This document shows, piece by piece, positions 1-9,328 of a stretch of 23,059 nucleotides of DNA. The DNA is from Thermoplasmata archaeon (GTDB lineage Archaea > Thermoplasmatota > Thermoplasmata > RBG-16-68-12 > JAFNFQ01). The stretch lies in NCBI GenBank assembly GCA_041489255.1, contig JBGPQV010000030.1:1-23059 (forward strand). Reading direction: 5' to 3'. Positions within the stretch are counted from its first letter, which is position 1. Each line of letters starts with the position of its first letter. A program made the translations under genes and the position numbers. The notes beneath the pieces were generated by a model. It had not been told where the DNA came from. It ran no database searches and worked only from the letters and a program-made list of their open reading frames with translations.

Positions 1-53
1 CTGAGCCCAATCCGATGTGAGACCACTGCACGGTTACTGCCATGCGTCCCACA

Positions 54-416
54 TCACAGAGGACCCACAATCGTGGGCAGGAACCAGCCTACGACGATCG
101 CGACGAGCCACACCACGACCGCGACCGCGAGCGCTCTGAGCCCGCTCATGTCGTAGAGGGTCGCCAGGGCGATCAGCCAACCTATCCCGGCAATGATGCC
201 GGCCAGGAGCCCTGAGCCGAGGAAGAAGTACACGAGTGCGTAGATGATCGCACCGACGAGGGCGGCCAGGAAGGCCGTCCCGAACCCTTCGCTCTGTTCA
301 AAGAGCTTCGTGATAACGTAGATTATGATCGCCGAAATGATCCATCCGATGACGAAGAAGATCACGGTCCAAACAAGCGAGCCTGGGATCTCGTATCCAC
401 CGATTGTTGTGGGCAT
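54..416 (-). CDS. Small polytopic membrane protein (~120 aa, about 4 TM helices), function unknown
   Basis: Four hydrophobic, Gly/Ala-rich segments. ATG at 416 is preceded by GGGAGGGTTGAGG (SD-like); the ORF track starts at TTG 422. Confidence 0.8.
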   Translation of the reverse strand: MPTTIGGYEIPGSLVWTVIFFVIGWIISAIIIYVITKLFEQSEGFGTAFLAALVGAIIYALVYFFLGSGLLAGIIAGIGWLIALATLYDMSGLRALAVAVVVWLVAIVVGWFLPTIVGPL

Positions 417-428
417 CCTCAACCCTCC

Positions 429-548
429 CTAGGTCCTCATGATCCTTCTACCGGTCTTGCGTCCCTTGACCGGGCCGCGCCCACCAGGGGACTTCGCTGC
501 ACGTCTCTTCGTCACTGTCATCCTACCGCCTCTGCTCTTCTTTGCCAT
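429..548 (-). CDS. Very basic micro-protein, 39 aa (MAKKSRGGRMTVTKRRAAKSPGGRGPVKGRKTGRRIMRT); 54 aa if the in-frame ATG at 593 is used
   Basis: Hand-translated; absent from the ORF track. A GAGGTGA SD lies just upstream of ATG 548 and the TAG stop is at 429-431. It fills the gap between two co-oriented genes. 15 of 39 residues are K/R, with no D/E. Confidence 0.65.
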   Translation of the reverse strand: MAKKSRGGRMTVTKRRAAKSPGGRGPVKGRKTGRRIMRT

Positions 549-599
549 GTTTTTTTCACCTCTTCGGCTTTTTTTCTTCCTGTCGATCGTCATTACCCC

Positions 600-2291
600 T
601 CACGGCTTGGTAACGATATTCGTGTCCAGTGTGACGGCGCCAATCCGTGCCAGCGCCCTGCCATTCAGCGTCGCGCCGGTGGTAAAGGAGATGGACTGAT
701 CCGCCATGATCGTTCCAATGACGGTCGAGTTCGTTCCGAGAGTCGCGGAAGTGCCGACCTGCCAGAAGACGTTGGAAGCCTGCGCGCCGCCGGCCAGGAT
801 CACGTGGACGCCGGCTCCCGTGTAGAGGGTGGACGCTATCTGGAAGATGAAGACCGCACTCGCGTTGCCCTGGGCATCGAGGGTGAGATCGCCGGAGGAT
901 ATCTCAAGACCGGACGTGGACTTGTAGAGACCAGGGGCGAGGGTCAGTCCTCCAAGGTTTCCGGCCACGCTCACGGGACACAGGGTTCGTCCAGCGGCGT
1001 CGTTGTACGCGATGGTCAAGTTGGCCATGGCCCAGGCGGCGATGTCGTCGGCCGCGTGGATCGTCCCCCCGACCACCGTTCCCGGCGGGAATCCCGTCAC
1101 CGAGCTGCCTGGACTCAGGCCGAGATCCCCGTTGACCGTGGTCGGTCCGGTGTTGGTGACCGTCGAGCCCGCCAGGACGGCGAAACTGGCGGCCGATCCA
1201 AGGGCTACGGCTGCCTGGCCGCAGGGCGATGAGGAATTCACTGTCCTGAAACTCCATACGTAGTTGGCAACCATTGCATTGCCCGCGAGGTCCTTGGCTC
1301 CGGTGGTAATCGTGGCCGTGTAAGTGGTGTTGGATGCGAGATTGCTTGCTGGATCAAAGGTCGCGGTCAGGCCAGCGTAGCTCACGATGCCGGACACAGG
1401 CGTCGTCCCTTGCTTCAGGAGAAATGTTGACGCGGTGATCGTTGAGGGGTCCATCGCCTCGCTGAACGTCGCCGTGATGTTGCTGTTGACCGCCACGGCG
1501 ACAACCGGGCTTGTCGAATTCACCGTGGGCGGGGTGGTGTCCAGGATCAGACCCGTCGTGAAGTTCCATACGTAGTTGGCAACCATTGCATTGCCCGCGA
1601 GGTCCTTGGCCCCGGTGGTGACCGTGGCGGTGTGCAAGGTGCTGGCGGCGAGATTGCTAGATGGCACGAAGGTCGCGGTCGTGGCCGTGTAGCTCACGGT
1701 CCCCAAGACCGGGGTAGTCCCGACCTTCAACGTGAAGGTCGACGTGGTGATCGTCAGGGGGTCCATCGCTTCGCTGAACGTTGCGAGTACCTTGGTGTTG
1801 ACAGGCACGCCGGTGGCGGCATGGGCGGGGGATGTGAGCGTCACCGTTGGCGGGGTGGTGTCGGGAATCAGACCCGTCGTGAAGCTCCATACGAAGTTGG
1901 CGGCCATCGCAATGCCTCCGAGGCTTTTGGCCCCGGTGGTGATAGTGGCGGTGTGCGCGGTGCTGGCGGCGAGATTGCTGGACGGTGCGAAGGTCGCGGT
2001 CATGCCCGTGTAGCTCACGGTCCCCGAGACCGGGGTCGTCCCAACCTTCAACGTGAAGGTCGACGTGGTGATCGTCAGGAGGTCCATCGCTTCGCTGAAC
2101 GCTGCGAGGACCTTGGTGTTGATCGGTGCGCCGGTGGCGGCATGGGCGGGGGATATGAACGTCACCGTGGGCGCGGCTCCCGATGGGAGGGTTACGGGTG
2201 GAGTCTGTGTCAGCAAGATGTAACCTACCCCAAGTGCTACTATAAGGAGGACAATCGCGACAATCACAACGGCCAATTTCTTTAGAACCAT
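600..2291 (-). CDS. Membrane-anchored ice-binding-like protein: N-terminal signal/TM anchor, 3 SbsA/Big_5-type Ig-like domains, C-terminal DUF3494 beta-helix
   Basis: N-terminus MVLKKLAVVIVAIVLLIVALGVGYILL. Three repeats of PTV..SP....FSEAMD...GAKDLAGN..WxFTT. C-terminal motifs LGSAASFAVLAGSTVTNTG, GDLGLSPG, LAPGLY, LDAQGN..AVFIFQI, NVFWQVG and LNGRALA are characteristic of DUF3494. ATG 2291 is preferred over 2354. Confidence 0.9.
   Translation of the reverse strand: MVLKKLAVVIVAIVLLIVALGVGYILLTQTPPVTLPSGAAPTVTFISPAHAATGAPINTKVLAAFSEAMDLLTITTSTFTLKVGTTPVSGTVSYTGMTATFAPSSNLAASTAHTATITTGAKSLGGIAMAANFVWSFTTGLIPDTTPPTVTLTSPAHAATGVPVNTKVLATFSEAMDPLTITTSTFTLKVGTTPVLGTVSYTATTATFVPSSNLAASTLHTATVTTGAKDLAGNAMVANYVWNFTTGLILDTTPPTVNSTSPVVAVAVNSNITATFSEAMDPSTITASTFLLKQGTTPVSGIVSYAGLTATFDPASNLASNTTYTATITTGAKDLAGNAMVANYVWSFRTVNSSSPCGQAAVALGSAASFAVLAGSTVTNTGPTTVNGDLGLSPGSSVTGFPPGTVVGGTIHAADDIAAWAMANLTIAYNDAAGRTLCPVSVAGNLGGLTLAPGLYKSTSGLEISSGDLTLDAQGNASAVFIFQIASTLYTGAGVHVILAGGAQASNVFWQVGTSATLGTNSTVIGTIMADQSISFTTGATLNGRALARIGAVTLDTNIVTKP
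1242..2171 (-). repeat. Three tandem intragenic repeats of about 312-321 bp encoding the Ig-like domains
   Basis: 46 bp are identical at 1253-1298 and 1565-1610. TAGCTCACG recurs at 1378, 1690 and 2011 (offsets 312 and 321). Confidence 0.9.
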
Positions 2292-2376
2292 GTGGTTACC
2301 TTCCGGTATCGAACCTTCAATGTAGCAGAAGTGCTCTGACCTAATTGGCTTCATCCCTCAGGTGCATGATGCCCTT

Positions 2377-2414
2377 GGACAGATTTAAATAGTCTTGTCC
2401 GGTTTACTTACCGG
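2377..2414. promoter_or_regulatory. Divergent promoter region: palindromic TATA-like ATTTAAAT plus a candidate operator CCGGT-N6-ACCGG
   Basis: TTTAAATA at 2384-2391 lies about 33 bp upstream of the regulator ATG. Inverted repeat at 2399-2414; an imperfect GGACAGA/TCTTGTCC repeat flanks the TATA. Confidence 0.5.
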
Positions 2415-2423
2415 TTCTGGGAA

Positions 2424-3332
2424 ATGTGGACACCAGACGACCTTGACATTCGAATCATAAGAGCGCTTGCTTCTCCAAGCTCGTTCCAGTGGGACGTCCG
2501 TATCTCCTATGCGCGCGTGGCCGAGAGACTGGCCATCGACGAAGAGACGGTCAGAAACCGGCTGAAGCGCATGAACGAGGCCCGGTTCCTGCGGGGCTGG
2601 CAGCTCATCCTCAATCCGATCCTGCTTGGCCGGGAAGCTGCCATCGTGGAACTGCGTGTCGCTGACCCGGGATCCAAACCCGAGGTGATTTCGCGACTGA
2701 AACTGCTTGGAGGCGTGATGCTCATCGACGACTTCTACGGCAATGGGTTCGCCGTGCTCACCTTGTACGAGGATGCGGCGACGCTTCAAAGGCAGGTTCA
2801 GCTGATTGCTTCCCTTTGCGGTTGCCCGAACCCGGTTTGGTGGAAGATCGGCTTCCCTCCTTGCGAGCTGACCCCCACAGCGACGGACTGGCGGATCATC
2901 CAAGCGTTGCGGAGTAAAGGGAGAGCAAAGCTCTCGGACATCGCCCGCACCCTGCGGCTTTCGACCCGGACGGTCAAGAGGCGGCTGACCCTCCTGACCG
3001 ATGGGAATGCCTTCTACCTCGACCCCATCCTGGATCTGGGGAAGGTCGGCGGCGTGCGATGCCGACTCTGGGTCACTTCCGAAGCGAGCCGGAAACGAGC
3101 CATCGACGAAATGATCCTATCCGGACTCCAGAGGATCATCTCGACCCACACCGCGCCGGAGGAGTTCTCCCTGTTCGTAGTCCACTGCGCCAATGCCTCG
3201 GAGGTCCAGGAGATCTCGCGATGGGTGGAGAAAATCGAGGGCGTTAGAGAAGTCCGGTCGACCATCGAGGTAGAACATATCCATGTTCAGGATTGGCTCG
3301 AAGGCGAGATTGAGAGGCAGTTGTCGACTTAA
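2424..3332 (+). CDS. Lrp/AsnC-family transcriptional regulator with tandem-duplicated HTH + effector domains
   Basis: HTH1 DDLDIRIIRAL...SYARVAERLAIDEETVRNRLKRM and HTH2 TDWRIIQALRSKGRAKLSDIARTLRLSTRTVKRRL. The 302 aa length is about twice a single Lrp unit. Confidence 0.88.
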   Translation: MWTPDDLDIRIIRALASPSSFQWDVRISYARVAERLAIDEETVRNRLKRMNEARFLRGWQLILNPILLGREAAIVELRVADPGSKPEVISRLKLLGGVMLIDDFYGNGFAVLTLYEDAATLQRQVQLIASLCGCPNPVWWKIGFPPCELTPTATDWRIIQALRSKGRAKLSDIARTLRLSTRTVKRRLTLLTDGNAFYLDPILDLGKVGGVRCRLWVTSEASRKRAIDEMILSGLQRIISTHTAPEEFSLFVVHCANASEVQEISRWVEKIEGVREVRSTIEVEHIHVQDWLEGEIERQLST

Positions 3333-3562
3333 GCGAACTAGTCGGCAGGCCTGCAGAATTAGTGTCAGGGACGAGACTCGGGCTCCACCCGTTCCCGTGA
3401 GCGGCCCTGTGATGCGCTTCGGTCAGACTCCAAAACCTGTTCCCTTCGACACCTGTTTACGGCCGAACGATGCCTTCCGCGAGCTTCGTCGCATGTTCAA
3501 GAAAACCGAAGTCCGTACACTGCCGAAGGTTCATGGTTGACAAGACGCGCCATTCCTAAGGA

Positions 3563-3588
3563 GGAAGCGCCCCGGTCGGGCGTCTTCC
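3563..3588 (-). terminator. GC-rich hairpin just downstream of the top6A stop (possible terminator)
   Basis: GGAAG-CGCCC-cggtc-GGGCG-t-CTTCC, 6 nt past the stop; no clear U-tract. Confidence 0.3.
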
Positions 3589-3594
3589 GGTTGC

Positions 3595-6228
3595 TCAGTG
3601 CAGGATGCTCGTTTCGGCAAGTTTCTCCGGCAGGTATGTGTCGGTCACGTAGTCCAGACCGTACTTCGCGAGGGCCTGCTGCTCAGCCTTCTTTCCCGTC
3701 TTGAGCATCAGCTCGATCTCGTTCTTCCAGAACTCGTCGTTGAAGCGAGGGTCTGATAGTTCTGCGTTGAGGGCTCCGATGTCCCTCGGCGTGAGCTTGT
3801 CAGTCGGCAGCTCGTAGTTCTCGATGTCCGAGGCGGTTATGCCAACGAACTCAGCGGTGGGAGTCGCGAGGAACTCCGAGATGTGCGCAGTCTTGATGGC
3901 ACCATAGGCGACCGACGCATGGATCCTGAACGACCAGGGATCGCCGTCTGTATTATGCAGGCACAGAGGTCCCATGCCTCCCAAGAAGGTCTGTGCTCCG
4001 GGGACTTCCAAATCATAGACTTTGGCAGTAGTGGGTGGTACCTTGATTATCCTTCTGACGGGCAACAGTGCTATCCTTTGCTTCACCAGTCTTCGGATGA
4101 AATCCAAACGCCCGTTCTTTCCCTCCGGCACGCGCTCAAGAAACTTTGAGAGGACGGGGTACGTGATTCTCTTGCAGCCCCAATAGACATCCCCGAATCT
4201 ACCGTTCCGGGACCCTTGGTTGTGTCGACGAATCAGTCGCCTCATGTCTTCGGTGATGAGCTCCCGGGGAATCGCCAAGTACTTACTGTTTATCCTCTGC
4301 CTCGGGGATGCATCCAAATCTGAGTTCGCGTCGAGAAGGTCTCGGAACGGCTGCAACTGCGAAAACTCCCCATGGAGACACACATCATAGACCAGGCTAT
4401 CCGAAGGTTTGCTGCTCCGTCTAGGTACGATGGCACTCGGAGCCAAGTATCGGGAGCGGACTGAACCGTTAATCCCGAGTTGAGACAGAAGCGCCAAGAG
4501 GTCGGATGCGAGTGTTCGGCTTACAGTGGTAATCTGGATTGACGAGCCTGCCTTGCGTCTTCGAGCATGGCCGTCCCCTTGGATGCAGGCGCGCAGGAAG
4601 GCGAGCTGATTGCCGCTCTCCATCGAATTGACTGGCCAGGGAACGGCCTTGGAGTGCACCCCTCGCCCGGCTCCGATGGCCGTGAAGATTTCGGCAAGAA
4701 CTCGACCACCGAAAACGAGCTGCGTCTCATAGGGATGAGGATTCGCACGCGCCACGGCCATACCAGGGAAAAGGGTCTCGACGCATTGAGTTGCGTCGTT
4801 GATAAGTGCCTTTTCGTGACTCCCGAACGATAGAGTTATCCCTCTTTCTGCGCAGGAACCCTCCGAGGCGAAGTACCCGAGCAATTTCGCCAGTGAACGG
4901 GAGGCCTTGACGCGCCTGGGCAGCGGTACATGACAGTGATCTCCATAAACGCTGAACTCCGTCATGCCTCTGGAAAGGGCGTCTGCGACGAACATCTTCT
5001 TTCCGTTGTTTCTAATGTCCGTTCTGAGTCTGGGCCACAGCGGTGAATTCCTCAATAGTTCGAGGGTGTCCAAATCAGCGTTTTCTTGAGGCTGAGGAAG
5101 CCCCATCGCCGCCACGACCAGGTCGTCCGGTTTCAGATCTCGGACGGCGCGCGGAGCCAGCGAGTAATCTTCGAAAACCATGACGCTGTGCGCCTCAGTC
5201 ACTTTCACAGAGAAACCATATGCAGCCATGACTTCGTACATTTCCGCAGGGGCATCGTGCCGAATCACTGATGACACCTTTGCCCGTTCAAGGAATGTCC
5301 CGTCCGATTGTATTGCAGGAACCTCCATCGCAAGATGCTCCACTGATGTCTTCTCGTGCACAATTGGAAGCAATCTCGTGGTGGCACCTTGTTCGGCCAT
5401 TATCTTGTCTATGTACGGACCAACGGTAACGGATTTCAGGACCCCGCCCTCCCAGATTACCACCCGTTCCCCACCATCGATGCTGAACGTGGCAACGGGC
5501 AATCTCAGTTCCTCGTTGAGTCTCTTCAGCAGCCGCCTCGTCGATCGTGAAGGCTGACCTTTGAGATGGACTAAGATGCAGTCAGCGTCGTCGTCAAACC
5601 CATTCTCGATAAGCCTGTCGAACATACCGCCAGTCTCTATCGCGAGCACGAACTTGGCGTCGTGGTCGACGAACTTCACCTTGTCGCTCTCGACGTTGTA
5701 GGGAATCGTGTAGCCGGCGTCCCCGACGTCGTCGGCGCAGTTGATGCGCCTCCTCTCGCCGTTCCTCGTGATCTCCTCGAAGGTGATGTTGCCCATGACG
5801 CTCGCCCCGCTTTCCTCGGGCCTGAGCTTGAAATCCTCTCGCAGACAGCGCGTGACAATCTCCAGGTCCTCCGCGAGCAGGTTCGACTCGTCCTGAGACC
5901 CGAACTTCCCCATGTCCCAACCCTCGGAGATGTAGTACATCTCTCTCAAGGTCGACGACTTCGTCTGGTCGATCATCTCGCGGATGAAGTCAAGTACGTA
6001 CATCGTCCGAAGGAGCATGAGGGCGCCCTTGAGCTTCTTCGCAGACCTCGCGCCCGTGAGCTTCCCGTATTTCCAGACGGCGGAGCGTGTGTCGAACTTG
6101 ATGTTGGCCTTCGTCCTGAGAGGCAGGGTCATCTTCGGGATCTGCCCCTTCTCGAGAGCGGTGTAAATCTGACTCGCGATCTCGTAGAGTTCCGCAATCG
6201 CCTTTTCGGATCCTTTCGGCTCACTCAT
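3595..6228 (-). CDS. top6A: DNA topoisomerase VI subunit A (Spo11 homologue), intein-containing precursor of 877 aa; spliced product about 366 aa
   Basis: STLREMYY (catalytic Tyr region), [23 protein letters not shown] and KAEQQAL motifs. ATG 6228 overlaps the top6B stop (ATGAGTGA). Confidence 0.95.
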   Translation of the reverse strand: MSEPKGSEKAIAELYEIASQIYTALEKGQIPKMTLPLRTKANIKFDTRSAVWKYGKLTGARSAKKLKGALMLLRTMYVLDFIREMIDQTKSSTLREMYYISEGWDMGKFGSQDESNLLAEDLEIVTRCLREDFKLRPEESGASVMGNITFEEITRNGERRRINCADDVGDAGYTIPYNVESDKVKFVDHDAKFVLAIETGGMFDRLIENGFDDDADCILVHLKGQPSRSTRRLLKRLNEELRLPVATFSIDGGERVVIWEGGVLKSVTVGPYIDKIMAEQGATTRLLPIVHEKTSVEHLAMEVPAIQSDGTFLERAKVSSVIRHDAPAEMYEVMAAYGFSVKVTEAHSVMVFEDYSLAPRAVRDLKPDDLVVAAMGLPQPQENADLDTLELLRNSPLWPRLRTDIRNNGKKMFVADALSRGMTEFSVYGDHCHVPLPRRVKASRSLAKLLGYFASEGSCAERGITLSFGSHEKALINDATQCVETLFPGMAVARANPHPYETQLVFGGRVLAEIFTAIGAGRGVHSKAVPWPVNSMESGNQLAFLRACIQGDGHARRRKAGSSIQITTVSRTLASDLLALLSQLGINGSVRSRYLAPSAIVPRRSSKPSDSLVYDVCLHGEFSQLQPFRDLLDANSDLDASPRQRINSKYLAIPRELITEDMRRLIRRHNQGSRNGRFGDVYWGCKRITYPVLSKFLERVPEGKNGRLDFIRRLVKQRIALLPVRRIIKVPPTTAKVYDLEVPGAQTFLGGMGPLCLHNTDGDPWSFRIHASVAYGAIKTAHISEFLATPTAEFVGITASDIENYELPTDKLTPRDIGALNAELSDPRFNDEFWKNEIELMLKTGKKAEQQALAKYGLDYVTDTYLPEKLAETSILH
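3952..5484 (-). mobile_element. Intein (511 aa) with LAGLIDADG homing endonuclease in top6A
   Basis: Junctions VATF|SIDGGERV ... PLCLHN|TDGDP. Block [10 protein letters not shown], block [10 protein letters not shown], block [11 protein letters not shown], block [18 protein letters not shown], block F VYDLEVPG. Removing it restores a normal-length Top6A. Confidence 0.93.
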
Positions 6229-8215
6229 CTTCCAGCACCTCCTCGGCCTCGTCGTAGTCGACCTCTTCATCGGCTTCCTCGGCTGGCGGCGGCGCCTCCT
6301 CCTCTTCCGTCTCGAACTCCTTGTAGTTGAGCTCCCAGTCGCCGGGCAGCGGCTCCGCGCCTATCACGAGGTCCGGCGGGATTCCGCTGACGTAGAGGTC
6401 GACCTCCTCCAGGTCCCCCTGCTCCAGTCCCTTCACCTCGAACCTCACCGTGGCCTTCTCCACCGAGCCTATGCGCTTCAGCTCCCAAGTGACCTTCCCG
6501 TCCTCTCTCACCTCGGAGGGCTTCGGGTCGGACCTCGCGATCTCGGTCCCGTTCCTCGGGAGGAGGCAGTGCAGGTTCAGCTTCTTCCCAGTGGCGGTGA
6601 AATTGTGGATGTCGATCTCGACGAGGTGCCTCCCTTTCTCGAAAGTGACTTGGTCCTCCACCCACACCACGCCCATGATTTTCGTGATGGTCGCGTCCAG
6701 GTTGGGGACGGGTTTCTTCACGATCTTCGCGCTCTTGGCGGCAATCTGGGGGAGCACCTTCTGGACGATGTCGAACTTCTCCCTTGCCTTGACCTTTCTC
6801 GCCTTCTTGTTCAAGTGCGTCTTGAGGCGGCGGCCGCATTCCTTGAGCGCGAGCTCCATTTCCTCCATGAGCTCGGGGATCGTGGCGACCGCTTCCTTCG
6901 CCTCGGATGTGTACGGTATCTTCGACGAGGCGACATGGACCAGGATAATGGCCGGACCGAACGGCACTCCTTGGCCGCCGCGCTGCTCGAGTCCATACCG
7001 CCGCCAGTCCACGTGGGTGACCGCTTGCGTAATCGCGCAGGCTCCGCTCTGGTAGAGCAACGGCACGCGGTTCGCGTAGCGCAACACCTCCACAAGCTGG
7101 TCTGGCGGTATGTCACCGCCAAACGCGATGCCCACTTCGACCTGGAAGGGGTTGCCCGAATACACGGACGGGTCCCTCGTCAACGGCGGCGCGAAGAACT
7201 CCGGGCGGAGCGAGCCGAGCACATTCTTGAGGCCCTTCTTGATGAGCCTTTCGCCGATCGGGGAGAGACATTCGGTCCGGGGCGCCATGATTTTGACCTT
7301 CTTGATCGCCTCCAGGACCGCCTTCGCTTGGTCGAGGTTGATTGATCTGGGCTTCATCGCGGGATCAGCTCCCGCCAGCTCGCATATCTCCTTCGCCACG
7401 CGGTCGCTGATCCTGTCGAATTCCTCGGAAAGGAATGAAGAGAATCTGTACGACTTCGTCTCCTTGCACATCTGCAACAGCGTGCCGAGCTCAAGGCCAT
7501 AAGGGTGTGGCGGGACGTCAACGGTCTTTGGCGGGAGCTCCTCAGTGACTCGCTCAAAGACCACCTGGTTCCCCTCTGGCGGGTTGTAGGTGATCCTGGC
7601 GTGCGGGTTGACGATGGCGACGCTCTTCAGGTACTCAGGTATCGACTGCTTCCCGCCAATGTAGCGGCCCTTCACCGCCACCTCGACTCTCGTCCCGTGA
7701 GGCTTGTCCCAGGGGACGAAGTCCTCCTCGATCATGTTGGGCTTGTTCTTGTGAGTGTCAATCATCAGATGGATCTGGTAGGCGACATCCATCTCCCCCG
7801 TCCTTGTCTTGATGATGGCGGGCTTGCCGGTGGTAATCTGACCGTAGAGGATTACGCCGCTGATTCCGAGGCCTTGCTGCCCCCTCGCCTGCCTCCTTGA
7901 CGCGAACCGAGAGCCGTACAGGAGGCGGGCGAAGATGTTCGCCACCTCCTTCTTCACGATTCCCGGTCCGTTGTCTTCAACCGCCACTCGGAATTCGTCC
8001 TTATCGACTCTCTGCACATCGACGACGATGTCTGGAAGGATGCCGCACTCTTCCGTCACGTCCAAGGAATTGTCCACAGCCTCCTTCACCGACGTGATGA
8101 GCGCCTTGGTCAGCGAGTCGAAGCCGAGGATGTGCTTGTTCCTCTCGAAGAATTCTGAGACTGCGATCTCTCGTTGCTTCTTGGCCAGCTCTTCGGCTAT
8201 GGAGGTAGAAGGCAT
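6221..8215 (-). CDS. top6B: DNA topoisomerase VI subunit B
   Basis: GHKL motifs [14 protein letters not shown] and [10 protein letters not shown]; [10 protein letters not shown] transducer motif; C-terminal extension with an acidic tail. Confidence 0.97.
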   Translation of the reverse strand: MPSTSIAEELAKKQREIAVSEFFERNKHILGFDSLTKALITSVKEAVDNSLDVTEECGILPDIVVDVQRVDKDEFRVAVEDNGPGIVKKEVANIFARLLYGSRFASRRQARGQQGLGISGVILYGQITTGKPAIIKTRTGEMDVAYQIHLMIDTHKNKPNMIEEDFVPWDKPHGTRVEVAVKGRYIGGKQSIPEYLKSVAIVNPHARITYNPPEGNQVVFERVTEELPPKTVDVPPHPYGLELGTLLQMCKETKSYRFSSFLSEEFDRISDRVAKEICELAGADPAMKPRSINLDQAKAVLEAIKKVKIMAPRTECLSPIGERLIKKGLKNVLGSLRPEFFAPPLTRDPSVYSGNPFQVEVGIAFGGDIPPDQLVEVLRYANRVPLLYQSGACAITQAVTHVDWRRYGLEQRGGQGVPFGPAIILVHVASSKIPYTSEAKEAVATIPELMEEMELALKECGRRLKTHLNKKARKVKAREKFDIVQKVLPQIAAKSAKIVKKPVPNLDATITKIMGVVWVEDQVTFEKGRHLVEIDIHNFTATGKKLNLHCLLPRNGTEIARSDPKPSEVREDGKVTWELKRIGSVEKATVRFEVKGLEQGDLEEVDLYVSGIPPDLVIGAEPLPGDWELNYKEFETEEEEAPPPAEEADEEVDYDEAEEVLEDE

Positions 8216-8260
8216 GTCAGCCTATCCCTTCTAGGATGCGGCTCATATCAGGCCGACCTC

Positions 8261-8275
8261 ATATAAAAGTTTCTT
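8261..8275 (-). promoter_or_regulatory. BRE/TATA promoter of the top6B-top6A operon
   Basis: Minus strand reads AAGAAAC-TTTTATAT, about 46 bp upstream of ATG 8215. Confidence 0.65.
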
Positions 8276-8324
8276 GGGGTCGCTTACGAACGTGTTGCTG
8301 AGGCGCCTTCACAACCCATCCTCA

Positions 8325-8338
8325 GAAAGGGTTATTAA
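8325..8338 (+). promoter_or_regulatory. BRE/TATA promoter of the methyltransferase (probably leaderless)
   Basis: GAAAGGG-TTATTAA ends 26 bp before ATG 8365. Confidence 0.6.
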
Positions 8339-8364
8339 CGAAGTTCAACCGTCTCGCGACGAAG

Positions 8365-9027
8365 ATGCGTGTCGATTCTTTCCATCCGAGTGTGTTCGCG
8401 AGCCCCCCGGAAAGGAGGCGGAGTATTCAAGAGAAATATGTGCGCCATTTTCCCACCAATGGACTGGTCGCCGACCTAGGTTGTGGTGACGGCGTATTCC
8501 TCGAGCTGCTGAAGGATTCGGGGAGGAGGGGTATAGGCGTCGACCATACTGAGGAGTTTATAACACAGATTAAGGAAAAGGGACTAGAGGCCGTCCAGGA
8601 AGACGCGTTTGATTTCCTTCGCAAGAACCGATCGAGATTCGAAGGAGTATTCGCGAGTCATATCATAGAGCATTTCCCCGCGGCAAAGGGGCTCGAACTA
8701 GTCGAGCTGATCTACGACGCTTTGCGACCGGGAGGCGTGGCCTTGCTGATAACGCCGGCCTACCATGATATCAACGTGAGTGGAGAACGATTCTGGCTCG
8801 ACATCTCGCATGTGCGTCCTTATCCTCTGATCCTCCTGCGCGAGGTTTTCCTTCACTTGGGCATGGAAGTTGTCACCTGGGGATATGATCCAGACACGAA
8901 AGACAGCAGCGACATACGCAAAGGAAGAGGCTTTATTCGTGACCTGGTCACAAAATTGCTCTTCGGTCCCTATTACAACGTCGGGGACGCCTTCATAGTG
9001 GGACATAGGAAGACGCTGCAAGTTTGA
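8365..9027 (+). CDS. Class I SAM-dependent methyltransferase, glycan-cluster type
   Basis: Motif I VADLGCGDG, plus ASHIIEH, LRPGG and FWLDISHVRPY; adjacent to glycosyltransferases. Confidence 0.85.
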   Translation: MRVDSFHPSVFASPPERRRSIQEKYVRHFPTNGLVADLGCGDGVFLELLKDSGRRGIGVDHTEEFITQIKEKGLEAVQEDAFDFLRKNRSRFEGVFASHIIEHFPAAKGLELVELIYDALRPGGVALLITPAYHDINVSGERFWLDISHVRPYPLILLREVFLHLGMEVVTWGYDPDTKDSSDIRKGRGFIRDLVTKLLFGPYYNVGDAFIVGHRKTLQV

Positions 9028-9328
9028 GGAGAGCAGCCGAATTGCCAGTGCTTCTTGGACTCTCAAGTGAGCCCCGATTCGCTTCCGCAAGAAGCCGGTC
9101 TTGCCACAGAGCCCGGCGCAGATGAATGCCCCCGGATCATGGAGTCTTGCGGTGGCTCACCATCCCACGTACTGCTCGCGCCTGAAGCGGATCCCGTTGT
9201 CCCTAGCTCGTCGAGGCGATCAGGAACGTGACCATCACCCGAAGTGAAGCGTAGCCGGAATCGAACGGTCGTGGCTGTTCGAGCTATCTTGCCTCGTCTC
9301 AAGACAGGCCTGATTCTCGAAGACAAAA

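Noticed and set aside
1-43. Possible gene start MAVTVQWSHIGLGS on the minus strand
   Set aside because: Only 14 codons are visible and the SD is weak; cannot be supported within this window.
1242-2171. Repeats as a CRISPR array or diversity-generating-retroelement TR/VR pair
   Set aside because: They are in-frame domain repeats of about 320 bp with no spacer structure, no evident adenine-specific mismatch pattern and no reverse transcriptase or cas gene nearby.
3400-3460. CTCCAAAACC resembling a tRNA-Trp anticodon loop
   Set aside because: No pairing anticodon stem, acceptor stem or properly placed T-arm, so a cloverleaf cannot be built.
3283-3540. 85-aa plus-strand ORF overlapping the regulator end
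   Set aside because: No recognisable motif or SD, and it overlaps a real gene; treated as intergenic.
5662-7900. Long antisense and alternate-frame ORFs over top6A/top6B (similar ones over the IBP, fumC, GTPase and ALDH genes)
   Set aside because: Expected shadow ORFs of GC-rich coding sequence; no motifs.
9063-9326. 87-aa ORF downstream of GT4
   Set aside because: TTG start, no motif and atypical composition; possibly eroded DNA but not supportable.
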